Positions 30,884 through 40,523 of a stretch of DNA of 64,000 nucleotides are shown here, piece by piece. The notes beneath the pieces are model-generated. The model did no database searches. It was not told the DNA's origin and worked only from the letters and a program-made list of their open reading frames with translations. The DNA lies in assembly GCA_963665815.1 (NCBI GenBank), contig OY762463.1:1856001-1920000 (forward strand). The letters run 5' to 3'. The position numbers were made by a program, and so were the translations under genes. The first letter of the stretch is position 1, and every line of letters begins with the position of its first letter. Source of the DNA: Candidatus Cloacimonadales bacterium. Its GTDB lineage: Bacteria > Cloacimonadota > Cloacimonadia > Cloacimonadales > JAIOQZ01.

Positions 30884-32959
30884 TCAGAATTTATATAGTT
30901 TCTCTTTATCTTCATATTTCATTTTGTAAAATGCGGCAATATCTTTGTTTTCAGGTTTTCTCAATTCAATATCATTTCTGATCATACTGAATGCATCCAG
31001 CTTGGAAGCTTGCAGAATTTCCTGATCCTTTACAATATTCGCAAATTTGAAAATCGGCATCCCGGACTGCTCTGTTCCGAAAAAGTCTCCCGGACCACGT
31101 ATTTCCAGGTCGCGCTCAGATATTATAAAACCGTCTGATGTTTCCACCATACTGTTCAGTCTTTTGCGAGAGTTTTCAGAAATAGGCGGATAAGCAATGA
31201 GGTAGCAGAATGATTCGTGTTCACCCCTGCCAATTCTTCCCCGCAGTTGATGAAGCTGACTAAGCCCGAATCTCTCTGCATGTTCTATAACCATTACAGA
31301 AGCATTAGGAACATCTATTCCAACCTCAATAACTGTTGTTGCCACCAGTACATTTATCTTCTTCTCTTTGAACTGCACCATAATCTCATCTTTCTCAGCA
31401 TTCTTCATCTTACCATGTAGCAAACCTATATTATAATCCGTGTATACTTCCTCTTTCAACTGCTCGTATAGCTTATCTGCAGCCAGTAAATCCAACTTTT
31501 CGGATTCTTCTATTAAAGGACAGACAAAGTAAGCCTGTCGACCTTTTTTAAGTTCTTTGGCAATATCTTTATATAGTGTCTTCTTTCGGTTCCCTGATTT
31601 CCAGTAAGTCTTAATCGGTTGTCTGGTTGGAGGAAGCTCATCGATAATACTCAGCTCAAGATCTCCATACATAGTCATGGCGAGTGAACGCGGAATTGGT
31701 GTAGCCGAAAGGTGAATGACATCCGGAAGCTCTTTCTGATCTGCCAGAACTGCTCTTTGCTGTACCCCAAATCTATGCTGTTCATCAACACAAATCAGTC
31801 CCAAACGCGCAAATTTAACATCTTTCTGAATCAATGCATGGGTTCCTACAACAATATCTACTCCACCTTCTGCAATTACCTGCTTCTGATCTTTCTTTCC
31901 TTTGTAGTTTCCACCCTTAAGAAGTGAAACCGTTATTTTCTCCTGCGATGATAACAGTTTTCTCATACTCTTGTAATGCTGTTCCGCCAGAATTTCAGTT
32001 GGAGCCATCATTGCTGCCTGGTAACCGCTTTCCACTGCAGCAAGCATTGCCAGTACGGTAACAATAGTTTTACCGGATCCAACATCACCCTGAATCAACC
32101 TGTTCATCTGGAAAGGTTTCTGCATATCATCAAGAATCTCATTCAAGACTTTATTCTGTGCTCCTGTAAGATTAAAGGGTAATGAGTTCTTCAGTCTGTT
32201 TACTCTTTCGAATGTCAACTTGTGAGTAATTCCGGCAGGCTTCATTTTACGCTCAAGATTGTTACGAGCAAACATCAGTTGATGATAGAACAGTTCTTCA
32301 TATTTCAAACGCTTTGTGACCTGCTCTATGTTTGTTTTCTCCGTTGGGAAATGCAGTTTCTCCAGAGTAGCCTTTCTACTGAAAAACCTGTACTTACTGA
32401 TAATCCCCTGTGACAGATTATCTTCGATTTCCTTGTGATAGAGAAAAAAAGCATTGTATATCATTTTACGGATATGCCCGGAGGTTAATCCTTCTGTGAG
32501 ATGGTATACGGGAAGCACAGATCTCTTTTTCCAGAACTCTCCCATTTCACTAAAATTCTCAAGAAGTTCGAACTCAGGATGAATAATCTGTTTTCCACCT
32601 TTGTAATCCTTAACAAGACCACTAATCCAGATCTGATTCCCGGCTCTCATCTTCTCCGTTATCCATTTTCCATACCTGAACCAGGTAAGAGTCATGTTAT
32701 TTGTGCCATCAGATACTGTTACTGAAAGTTGTTTTTTGCTGCGATTGAGAAATTTCTCTTTCATCTCAACAATTATACAGGTTATGGAGCAGAATGTCTC
32801 CGGTTGTAAATCATTGATTTGAGCACTCAGATTTCTGTATATGTAGCTTCTGGGGATATGCTCCATCAAATCCATAATTGTATGAATTCCAAGCTTCTCC
32901 AGAAGTTTTGCTCTCTGCGATCCTACGCCTTTAAGGTACTGTACAGGTTCATATATCAT
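30884..32959 (-). CDS. recG: ATP-dependent DNA helicase RecG
   Basis: LKGVG, QGDVGSGKT, DEQHRFGV, SATPIPR, QLRGRIGRG and DLEIRGPGDFFG motifs. Start at MIYEP. Confidence 0.97.
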   Translation of the reverse strand: MIYEPVQYLKGVGSQRAKLLEKLGIHTIMDLMEHIPRSYIYRNLSAQINDLQPETFCSITCIIVEMKEKFLNRSKKQLSVTVSDGTNNMTLTWFRYGKWITEKMRAGNQIWISGLVKDYKGGKQIIHPEFELLENFSEMGEFWKKRSVLPVYHLTEGLTSGHIRKMIYNAFFLYHKEIEDNLSQGIISKYRFFSRKATLEKLHFPTEKTNIEQVTKRLKYEELFYHQLMFARNNLERKMKPAGITHKLTFERVNRLKNSLPFNLTGAQNKVLNEILDDMQKPFQMNRLIQGDVGSGKTIVTVLAMLAAVESGYQAAMMAPTEILAEQHYKSMRKLLSSQEKITVSLLKGGNYKGKKDQKQVIAEGGVDIVVGTHALIQKDVKFARLGLICVDEQHRFGVQQRAVLADQKELPDVIHLSATPIPRSLAMTMYGDLELSIIDELPPTRQPIKTYWKSGNRKKTLYKDIAKELKKGRQAYFVCPLIEESEKLDLLAADKLYEQLKEEVYTDYNIGLLHGKMKNAEKDEIMVQFKEKKINVLVATTVIEVGIDVPNASVMVIEHAERFGLSQLHQLRGRIGRGEHESFCYLIAYPPISENSRKRLNSMVETSDGFIISERDLEIRGPGDFFGTEQSGMPIFKFANIVKDQEILQASKLDAFSMIRNDIELRKPENKDIAAFYKMKYEDKEKLYKF

Positions 32960-32965
32960 GAAAGA

Positions 32966-32994
32966 AAAATGAAATTGTAGAAGCATAGTGTCAA
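32966..32994 (-). promoter_or_regulatory. Putative sigma-70 promoter of recG (leaderless geometry)
   Basis: TTGACA-N17-CATTTT-N6-ATG with no Shine-Dalgarno. Confidence 0.45.
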
Positions 32995-33014
32995 TAGATA
33001 TTAATTTTGATACG

Positions 33015-33044
33015 AAAAAAAGGCTGCTCGAAAAGAACAGCCTT
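33015..33044 (-). terminator. Intrinsic terminator of the kor-mce-mmd operon
   Basis: AAGGCTG..CAGCCTT stem followed by a T run on the minus strand. Confidence 0.75.
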
Positions 33045-33068
33045 AATGTATTTTAAATAATTTACTTC

Positions 33069-34190
33069 TTAGTTACCAAGAATTCCGAGAAGAACCCCGG
33101 CTGCAACAGCAGAACCAATCACACCGGCAACGTTTGGTGCCATAGCGTGCATGAGCAGGAAGTTATTCTTGTCGTATTGTCTACCGACGCTGTGAACAAC
33201 TCGAGCACTATCTGGTACTGCAGATACTCCTGAAGCCCCAATCATCGGATTGAGTTTTTCTTTCAGGAAGAGGTTCATGAATTTAGCAAACAGAACTCCT
33301 GAGGCTGTAGCGATACAGAATGATAATGCACCAAGTCCAAAAATTTTGATGGAGATAGGTCCAACAAAAACATCTGCCTGTGTAGAAGCACCCACACAGA
33401 GACCGAGGACAATTGTTACAATATCAATCAGTGCATTACTGGCAGTTTTCTGAAGCCTGTCTGTCACTCCACATTCTTTAAGCAGGTTTCCAAAGAAAAG
33501 CATTCCGAGAAGTACAGATGCACCCGGAGCAATAAATATTGTCACGAGAGCACCAACGATGGGGAATAATATTTTCTCACGTTTGGAAACCACGCGAGGA
33601 GTTTTCATTTTGATTAATCTTTCTTTTCTGGTTGTAAGTAATTTTATAATTGGCGGTTGAATAACCGGAACCAGTGCCATGTACGAGTATGCTGCAATAG
33701 CAATTGGCCCAATAAGCTTAGGAGCAAGCTTTGTTGAAAGGAAGATTGATGTAGGACCATCTGCCCCACCAATAATTCCAATCGCTCCCGCTTCAGCCAT
33801 ATTGAAACCAAGCATTCTTGCACCTATAAATGTAGCAAAAATACCGAGCTGTGCAGCAGCTCCAAGCAGAATCAGCTTCGGATTCGCTATCAGCGTTGAG
33901 AAATCGGTCATTGCACCAATTCCAAGAAAAATAAGTGGAGGGTACACACCGTATTTCACACCGAAATAAAGCTGATTAAGTACAGAGCCATCATAGTAAA
34001 CACCATAGTTGGCTGTTCCCGGAATATTACCAAGAATAATACCAAATCCGATAGGAACAAGAAGAAGCGGTTCGTAATCTTTGGCAATACCAAGCCATAC
34101 AAACAACAGACCTATGCCTATCATTACCATGTATTCCCATTGAACCTGGGCAAAGCCTGTAGTTGAAACGAAATTCAGTATTTCCTGCAT
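33069..34190 (-). CDS. mmdB: Na+-translocating decarboxylase beta subunit
   Basis: [29 protein letters not shown] and [14 protein letters not shown] motifs. Confidence 0.93.
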   Translation of the reverse strand: MQEILNFVSTTGFAQVQWEYMVMIGIGLLFVWLGIAKDYEPLLLVPIGFGIILGNIPGTANYGVYYDGSVLNQLYFGVKYGVYPPLIFLGIGAMTDFSTLIANPKLILLGAAAQLGIFATFIGARMLGFNMAEAGAIGIIGGADGPTSIFLSTKLAPKLIGPIAIAAYSYMALVPVIQPPIIKLLTTRKERLIKMKTPRVVSKREKILFPIVGALVTIFIAPGASVLLGMLFFGNLLKECGVTDRLQKTASNALIDIVTIVLGLCVGASTQADVFVGPISIKIFGLGALSFCIATASGVLFAKFMNLFLKEKLNPMIGASGVSAVPDSARVVHSVGRQYDKNNFLLMHAMAPNVAGVIGSAVAAGVLLGILGN

Positions 34191-34918
34191 TAATCCCCCA
34201 GTCTGATCAGTGCCTGACCTTCCTGAACAGATTCACCTTTACTGACAAGAATTTCAGTCACTTTACCATGAGCATTAGCATTAATATCAGATTCCATTTT
34301 CATGGCTTCCAGGACTGCTACTACCGAATCAGGATTCACAGTATCACCAACTTTAACTTTGATATCGAGAATAGTTCCCGGTATAGGAGAAGTAACATCT
34401 CCACCTGCAGCTTGTACAGGGGCAGCTTGAGGTTGTGCAACAGGAGCTGCCTGCTGAGGAGCAGGTTTAGCAACCGGTTGAGGTGCAGGTTGTTCATTAT
34501 TCTGAAGCATGATTATATCATCTCCTTCCTGAACTGAAGCACCTTTACTGATGTTCACTTTTGTAACTATTCCTGAATATGGTGCAGCAATCTCAGATTC
34601 CATTTTCATAGCTTCGAGAGTGCATACTACGTCTCCTGCGTTAACAGAATCACCTTCTTTTACCATTATATCAATGATAACTCCGGGGATAGGAGCTTTT
34701 ACGCCACTTGTTGATCCGCCGGATTTCTGAGAAAGAGCAGGTAATCCCGGAGCAGATTTTTCTGATCGTACTAATTTAGGAGCACTTGGTAATTCTTCTG
34801 CATCAATTTCAACTCTGAATTCAACGCCGTTTACCATTACAACTGCTCTTGCACCATTATATTTAACTACTTTTGTTGTATATTTTTCACCGTTGATTCT
34901 CATATGATAGTTTTTCAC
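34190..34918 (-). CDS. mmdC: Biotin carboxyl carrier subunit with two biotinyl domains
   Basis: EAMKME occurs twice, separated by a Pro/Ala/Gln linker; GTG start with AAGGAG RBS. Confidence 0.88.
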   Translation of the reverse strand: MKNYHMRINGEKYTTKVVKYNGARAVVMVNGVEFRVEIDAEELPSAPKLVRSEKSAPGLPALSQKSGGSTSGVKAPIPGVIIDIMVKEGDSVNAGDVVCTLEAMKMESEIAAPYSGIVTKVNISKGASVQEGDDIIMLQNNEQPAPQPVAKPAPQQAAPVAQPQAAPVQAAGGDVTSPIPGTILDIKVKVGDTVNPDSVVAVLEAMKMESDINANAHGKVTEILVSKGESVQEGQALIRLGD

Positions 34919-34919
34919 A

Positions 34920-35546
34920 TTATCTCCTTTTATTAAAAGCACGATTTGGCATGTCTGTAATATTATAAGCTTTCCATAAAGATGACGGCATACGCTTCCA
35001 GGTCAGAAGCATTTTTTGCTGTCTTTCAGCATCAGAGACATGCATGTGCAATGTTGCAATTACGGCCGCAATAGCGTTCATGGAAGTCTGAGGCATATCG
35101 GTTGAAATTGTTCCGATATCAGTCTTAACGGAAACCGATGTAGCTTTCTGTGCTTTTGCTTCCTTTTTCTTTTCCTTCCATTTCTCGTAATTTGCCAGAT
35201 GCTCAAGCTGGGCAATAATGATTCCGATAATAAGCAAACTTGAAAAAACAACAAGCATTCCAATCAAAGTAATTGTTCCATACATTGATTTCTCAATTTT
35301 GTTGAATTCATCAATAGCTTTTTCGACATCAGCTTTTCCGAGATTAAGAGCACTCAGTTTAGTGCTGATGTTTACAGAATCAGAGACATTCATATAAGAA
35401 ATTAGTTTCTTGTATGGGATCCCGGTTTTCTGAGCAGTTTCCATCAGAGACATATCTGAAGTAATATTCAAATCTTCCGGATTCTCAGCCTGAATCATGG
35501 AAAAAAGGATCAGGAATAATATGCTTAAAACAAGTGTTTTTTTCAT
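34920..35546 (-). CDS. mmdD: OadG/MmdD-family membrane subunit with N-terminal exported extension
   Basis: ITLIGMLVVFSSLLIIGIII TM helix, IAAVIATLH and SLWK motifs; located between mmdA and mmdC. Confidence 0.75.
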   Translation of the reverse strand: MKKTLVLSILFLILFSMIQAENPEDLNITSDMSLMETAQKTGIPYKKLISYMNVSDSVNISTKLSALNLGKADVEKAIDEFNKIEKSMYGTITLIGMLVVFSSLLIIGIIIAQLEHLANYEKWKEKKKEAKAQKATSVSVKTDIGTISTDMPQTSMNAIAAVIATLHMHVSDAERQQKMLLTWKRMPSSLWKAYNITDMPNRAFNKRR

Positions 35547-35555
35547 ACTAAATCC

Positions 35556-37106
35556 TTATAAAGGGATGTTTCCATGCTTTCTAGGTCTGTTAACTTCTCT
35601 CTTCGATGCAAGCATTTCAAGAGATCTGATAATTCTGAATCTGGTTTGTGACGGTTCAATAATATCGTTTATATATCCTTTTTCTGCAGCAGCATAAGGA
35701 TTAGCGAATTTCTCTCTGTATTCGTTTTCTTTATTTTTGAGAACTTTTGCAGGATCTTTCGCATCTTTTGCATCTTTACGGAAGATAATCTCCACGGCAC
35801 CTGCAGGTCCCATTACAGCAATCTCTGCTGAAGGCCATGCATATACTACGTCAGCACGCATATGGATACTGTTCATCACGCAGTACGCTCCACCATAAGC
35901 TTTTCTCAGAACTACTGTCATTTTTGGAACTGTAGCTTCAGCAAAAGCATAAAGCAGTTTAGCACCGTTTCTGATGATTCCGTTATGTTCCTGATTAGAT
36001 CCCGGAAGGAATCCGGGTACGTCTTCAAGAACAAGAAGAGGAATATTAAAAGCATCACAGAATCTTACGAATCTTGCAGCTTTATTTGATGCATTATTGT
36101 CAAGACATCCAGCGAGGAATTTAGGCTGATTAGCTACAATACCTACACTATAACCGTTAAATCTTGAGAATCCGACAACAACGTTCTGAGCAAAGTTACG
36201 AGCAACTTCCAGGAACTCTCCGTCATCTGCAATAGATGCTATTACATCAAGCACATTATAAGGCTTGTTCGGATTATCAGGGATAATTGTGTTAAGCTCA
36301 TCACATGATCTGTCTATCGGATCAGATGGTGTTACGTAAGGTGGTTCTTCCATATTGTTGTTAGGAATATAGCTCATGATTTTGCGGATAAGAAGAATTG
36401 TTTCTTCTTCATTTTCTGTAACAAACTGTGTTACACCGCTTTTTGAGCCGTGAACCATCGCACCACCAAGTTCTTCGGTTGTAACGGTTTCGTTAAGTAC
36501 AGTTTTTACTACTTTAGGACCTGTAACAAACATATAACTGTTCTTCTTGTCCATGATAATAAAGTCTGTAATAGCAGGTGAGTATACCGCTCCACCGGCG
36601 CATGGTCCGAGGATTGCAGATATTTGTGGAATAACTCCGGATGCCTGTACATTTCTCCAGAATATTTCAGCGTAACCTGCAAGAGCATCTACACCTTCCT
36701 GAATTCTGGCACCGCCTGAGTCATTGAGCCCTATAACAGGAGCTCCGACTTTAAGTGCCATATCCATTATTTTACATATTTTGTCAGCATAGGTTTTAGA
36801 AAGAGATCCACCGAAAACTGTGAAATCCTGAGCAAAAACAAATACCATTCTGCCATTGATTGTACCACAGCCGGTTATTACACCGTCACCGAGAATCTTA
36901 TTCTTTTCCATACCGAAGTTTGTACATTGATGCTGAACAAACATGTCTATTTCTTCAAAACTATCGGGGTCCAAGAGATTGTTAACTCTTTCTCTTGCTG
37001 TCAACTTACCTTTGTTATGTTGCGCATCGATTCTTTTCTGTCCACCACCAAGAAGAGCTTTTTCTCTCTTCTCCTGCAGTTCTACGATGCTCTTTTTAAT
37101 TTCCAT
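35556..37106 (-). CDS. mmdA: Methylmalonyl-CoA decarboxylase alpha (carboxyltransferase) subunit
   Basis: [42 protein letters not shown] and RKHGNIPL motifs. Confidence 0.93.
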   Translation of the reverse strand: MEIKKSIVELQEKREKALLGGGQKRIDAQHNKGKLTARERVNNLLDPDSFEEIDMFVQHQCTNFGMEKNKILGDGVITGCGTINGRMVFVFAQDFTVFGGSLSKTYADKICKIMDMALKVGAPVIGLNDSGGARIQEGVDALAGYAEIFWRNVQASGVIPQISAILGPCAGGAVYSPAITDFIIMDKKNSYMFVTGPKVVKTVLNETVTTEELGGAMVHGSKSGVTQFVTENEEETILLIRKIMSYIPNNNMEEPPYVTPSDPIDRSCDELNTIIPDNPNKPYNVLDVIASIADDGEFLEVARNFAQNVVVGFSRFNGYSVGIVANQPKFLAGCLDNNASNKAARFVRFCDAFNIPLLVLEDVPGFLPGSNQEHNGIIRNGAKLLYAFAEATVPKMTVVLRKAYGGAYCVMNSIHMRADVVYAWPSAEIAVMGPAGAVEIIFRKDAKDAKDPAKVLKNKENEYREKFANPYAAAEKGYINDIIEPSQTRFRIIRSLEMLASKREVNRPRKHGNIPL

Positions 37107-37127
37107 TTATCCTCCGGAAATAAGAAA

Positions 37128-37532
37128 TTAATGATCTTTTTCCTTACAGAGTTCTACGAGAACACCATAAGATGATTTTGGATGCAGGAATGCAATATCA
37201 GCACCATGTGCACCCGGTCGAGGTTCTTTGTCTATTAATCGTATATTGTTTTCTTCAGATAACTTAAGTGCTTCAGGAAGATTGTCAACTGCAAAAGCAA
37301 GATGCTGAATTCCTTCACCTTTCTTTTCAATATATTTTGCAATTGGTCCGTCAGGAGCTGTTGATTCAAGAAGCTCTATACGAGTATCTCCAACAGGAAT
37401 AAAAGCAACTTTTACTTTCTGAGATTCAACAACTTCAGTAGATTCAACCTCAAGTCCAAGTTTTTTATAAAACTCAATTGCATCATCAAGATTTTTTACT
37501 GCAATTCCTATATGACTTATGTATTTTACCAT
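37128..37532 (-). CDS. mce: Methylmalonyl-CoA epimerase
   Basis: HIGIAV, IELLE, GEGIQHLAF and FLHPKS..GVLVEL motifs. Confidence 0.95.
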   Translation of the reverse strand: MVKYISHIGIAVKNLDDAIEFYKKLGLEVESTEVVESQKVKVAFIPVGDTRIELLESTAPDGPIAKYIEKKGEGIQHLAFAVDNLPEALKLSEENNIRLIDKEPRPGAHGADIAFLHPKSSYGVLVELCKEKDH

Positions 37533-37542
37533 AACTATCTCA

Positions 37543-38088
37543 CTATTGTTCTTCTTTAGCCAGTTTGAATCCAAGTTTCATTGCTTTGATATTGAGATCA
37601 ACAAAAGCAGGTTTTACCGTATTGCGAATTGCCTGTTCGAGACTCTTAACAGTAACAACTTTGGTTAACTGAACAAGGAAAGATAAAGTAAGAATATTAG
37701 TAGGTAAAGCACTTCCGAGTTCTTCCATAGCAATTTCAGTGAAGTTCCTTTCGTATACAGATGAATCTATCATTGAAATATTTTTTACGTATGTAGAATC
37801 AGCAATCAGGATACCATCTTCTCTAAGGTCAAAGATGTATTTATCACAAGCTTCCTGAGTAAGTGCAAGAAGAACATTAAATTGAGTCGCTTCAGGATAA
37901 TAAATCGCATCATTACTGATAAGCACGTCAGCTCTACTTGCTCCACCTCTGGATTCAGGTCCGTAACTTTGAGTCTGAGTAACATTCTTTTTATCAAGAA
38001 CAGCTGCGTTAGCAAGAATAATACCTGCAAGAATCAGACCTTGTCCACCGCTTCCACTTAATCTGGTTTCAGTTCTGGTACTTTTCAT
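37543..38088 (-). CDS. korC: 2-oxoacid:ferredoxin oxidoreductase gamma subunit
   Basis: SGSGGQGLILAG and QSYGPESRGG motifs. Confidence 0.9.
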   Translation of the reverse strand: MKSTRTETRLSGSGGQGLILAGIILANAAVLDKKNVTQTQSYGPESRGGASRADVLISNDAIYYPEATQFNVLLALTQEACDKYIFDLREDGILIADSTYVKNISMIDSSVYERNFTEIAMEELGSALPTNILTLSFLVQLTKVVTVKSLEQAIRNTVKPAFVDLNIKAMKLGFKLAKEEQ

Positions 38089-38927
38089 TTTGACTCCTTA
38101 CCTTTTTTTAAGCTATCTACTAATCCTTTGTAAGCTTGAGTATACTCACGTTTTTCTTCCTGACGGAAGATACCGCGGATAATCTTTCCTTCTTTCTCTT
38201 CAGGTTTAAGTTTTTCAGCAGCAGCGATAGTGATAGAGTTTTCTTTCATCTGCATCATCATTTCCGGAGCTGCACCTTTTTTATTAAGTCTTCCGTAAAT
38301 AACAGGACAAGCACAGATAACTTCTACAACTGAAAGTCCTTTATGCTGAATAGCTTTTTTTATCATGTTTTCTGCTTCAACCGCATGATATGCTGTAGTT
38401 CTACCCACAAATGTAGCTCCTGCACCCATGGCAAGTTCACAGATATCAAATACAGGATCAATATTACCATAAGGCATTGTTGTTGCGCGATGTCCTGTAG
38501 GAGTTGTAGGTGAATATTGTCCACCTGTCATTCCGTAGATATTGTTATTAAGAACAATTATGTTTATATCAATATTTCTTCTTGCTGCGTGGATAAAGTG
38601 ATTACCACCAATTGCTGTTGCATCACCATCACCGGTAACAACAAAAACATTCATATCAGGTTTGTACATTTTAAGACCGGTAGCAAATGGAATTGCTCTT
38701 CCATGAAGAGTATGCAGTGTATTGAAGTCTGCATAAACAGGCATTCTGCTGGAACAACCGATACCTGATACCATTGCGATATCATCTTTTTTGATTTCAA
38801 GAGAATGGATAGCTCTGATGATATCACCAAGAACAATACCATTACTGCAACCCTGACACCAAACGTGTGGGAATTTCTTGTTATGTCTTAAATATTTATG
38901 TATTGTTTTTAATGCTATAGTTGCCAT
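38085..38927 (-). CDS. korB: 2-oxoacid:ferredoxin oxidoreductase beta (TPP) subunit
   Basis: WCQGC, SGIGCS, HTLHGR, GDGD..IGGNH and NNNIYGMTGGQ motifs. Confidence 0.92.
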   Translation of the reverse strand: MATIALKTIHKYLRHNKKFPHVWCQGCSNGIVLGDIIRAIHSLEIKKDDIAMVSGIGCSSRMPVYADFNTLHTLHGRAIPFATGLKMYKPDMNVFVVTGDGDATAIGGNHFIHAARRNIDINIIVLNNNIYGMTGGQYSPTTPTGHRATTMPYGNIDPVFDICELAMGAGATFVGRTTAYHAVEAENMIKKAIQHKGLSVVEVICACPVIYGRLNKKGAAPEMMMQMKENSITIAAAEKLKPEEKEGKIIRGIFRQEEKREYTQAYKGLVDSLKKGKESK

Positions 38928-40088
38928 CTATTGTTCCTCCTTGATCTTCTTCAGGATTTCTCTCGGAGTAATCAGTTCTCCATCAACTCTCTGAATTGGT
39001 ATGATCTTTCCGTCTTCCTTATCTTTTGCAAGTCTCTCAATTTCATGAATAAACTGACCCTGATTCAACTCAGGAACAATTACTGATTCAACATTCTTGA
39101 GCATTTTCTTAACTGCATCATCCGGGAATGGCCATATTGTCAATGGTCTGAGAAGTCCCACTTTCAAGCCTTCACTTCTTGCCATCATTACTGCAGCTTT
39201 TGCTGAACGTGCTGTAATACCTGCAGCAAATACAGCAATTTTCGCATCATCCATTTTGAAGCTTTCGATTTGAACAAGGTCTCTGATGTTTGTTGTGATT
39301 TTCTTTTTGAGACGTTTCATCATCACATCAACTTCATTAGCCTTGTTCGTTGGAAAACCGTATTGATCGTGAGCAAGTCCGGTTACGTGGAATCTGTAAC
39401 CTTCGCCAAAACTTGCAACAGGAGAAAGATATTTCTGAGTTTCTTCGTAATGTTTATACCATTCAGGTGGAACAGTAGGTTTAATTCTGTTGATGATTCT
39501 GATTTTTGATACATCTGGAACCTCAACAGCTTCTCTCATGTGTCCAAGTACTTCGTCAAGAAGAAGAACAACACATGTTCTGTATTTTTCAGCAAGGTTT
39601 ACCGCACGAATTGTTAATTCATAACTTTCTTTTACTGAGTCCGGATAAAGGACTATTGCCGGAGCATCACCGTGAGAACCCCAACGAGCCTGCATAATGT
39701 CACCTTGAGACGGTTTTGTAGGTAAACCTGTAGATGGACCACCTCTCTGAACATTAACTATAAGTGATGGAGTTTCAGTAATTTTTGCAAAACCAATTGC
39801 TTCCTGCATAAGAGAAAAACCAGGTCCACTGGTTGCAGTCATTGATTTTGCTCCTGCAAGTGATGCACCTATTACAGCTGCGATACTTGCAATTTCGTCT
39901 TCCATTTGAATAAATGTTTTTCCTGCAGCAGGCAGTTTCTGAGAGAGAATCTCAGCAACTTCAGTTGAAGGGGTAATTGGATAGCCTGCAAAAAAATCTA
40001 CACCGGCATCCATTGCTGCTAATGCTATTGCTTCATTACCTTGCATCAGCTTTATGGTTTTCTTTTCTTGTTCATTCTTTTTTGGCAT
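38928..40088 (-). CDS. korA: 2-oxoacid:ferredoxin oxidoreductase alpha subunit
   Basis: GYPITPSTE, QMEDEI, TSGPGFSLM and QRGGPSTGLPT motifs. Confidence 0.92.
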   Translation of the reverse strand: MPKKNEQEKKTIKLMQGNEAIALAAMDAGVDFFAGYPITPSTEVAEILSQKLPAAGKTFIQMEDEIASIAAVIGASLAGAKSMTATSGPGFSLMQEAIGFAKITETPSLIVNVQRGGPSTGLPTKPSQGDIMQARWGSHGDAPAIVLYPDSVKESYELTIRAVNLAEKYRTCVVLLLDEVLGHMREAVEVPDVSKIRIINRIKPTVPPEWYKHYEETQKYLSPVASFGEGYRFHVTGLAHDQYGFPTNKANEVDVMMKRLKKKITTNIRDLVQIESFKMDDAKIAVFAAGITARSAKAAVMMARSEGLKVGLLRPLTIWPFPDDAVKKMLKNVESVIVPELNQGQFIHEIERLAKDKEDGKIIPIQRVDGELITPREILKKIKEEQ

Positions 40089-40097
40089 ATCAACTCC

Positions 40098-40397
40098 TTA
40101 TCTTTTAGCACCTGTTATTGCGAAATCAGGGCACAATCTGTCACATGTACCACAGTGGATACATTTTTCCGGATTTTTAACGTATGGAGCGCCATCTGCT
40201 TTTCTGGCAAGCACTTTTGTCGGACAAAATGTTGCACAGATTCCGCATTTTTTACACCACTCATAATAAATAAACACCGGAGATTCTTTATAATCACCGG
40301 ACGTATTAATCTCAGTATCTTCAACTTCCATTTTTGCTGGATCACTATCGTCAAGAATGATCGACCCTTCTCGGTGTTTCTCAATCTTTTCAAACAT
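40098..40397 (-). CDS. korD: 2x[4Fe-4S] ferredoxin delta subunit
   Basis: CKKCGICATFCP and CIHCGTCDRLCP; AAGGAG RBS. Confidence 0.9.
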   Translation of the reverse strand: MFEKIEKHREGSIILDDSDPAKMEVEDTEINTSGDYKESPVFIYYEWCKKCGICATFCPTKVLARKADGAPYVKNPEKCIHCGTCDRLCPDFAITGAKR

Positions 40398-40523
40398 TTT
40401 TTACTCCTTGAGTTATGAATTGTGCCAAAGACTAAAAAGTGCCCTTTTTCTTACAAGTTTTTTTAAGAAAAATAATACACCTTAAATTCTTTTGAACAAT
40501 TTCTATATTATTTTAACTTTAAA

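Noticed and set aside
40421-40444. Two GGCAC sequences upstream of korD suggesting a sigma-54 promoter
   Set aside because: Neither has GC at the required GG-N10-GC position.
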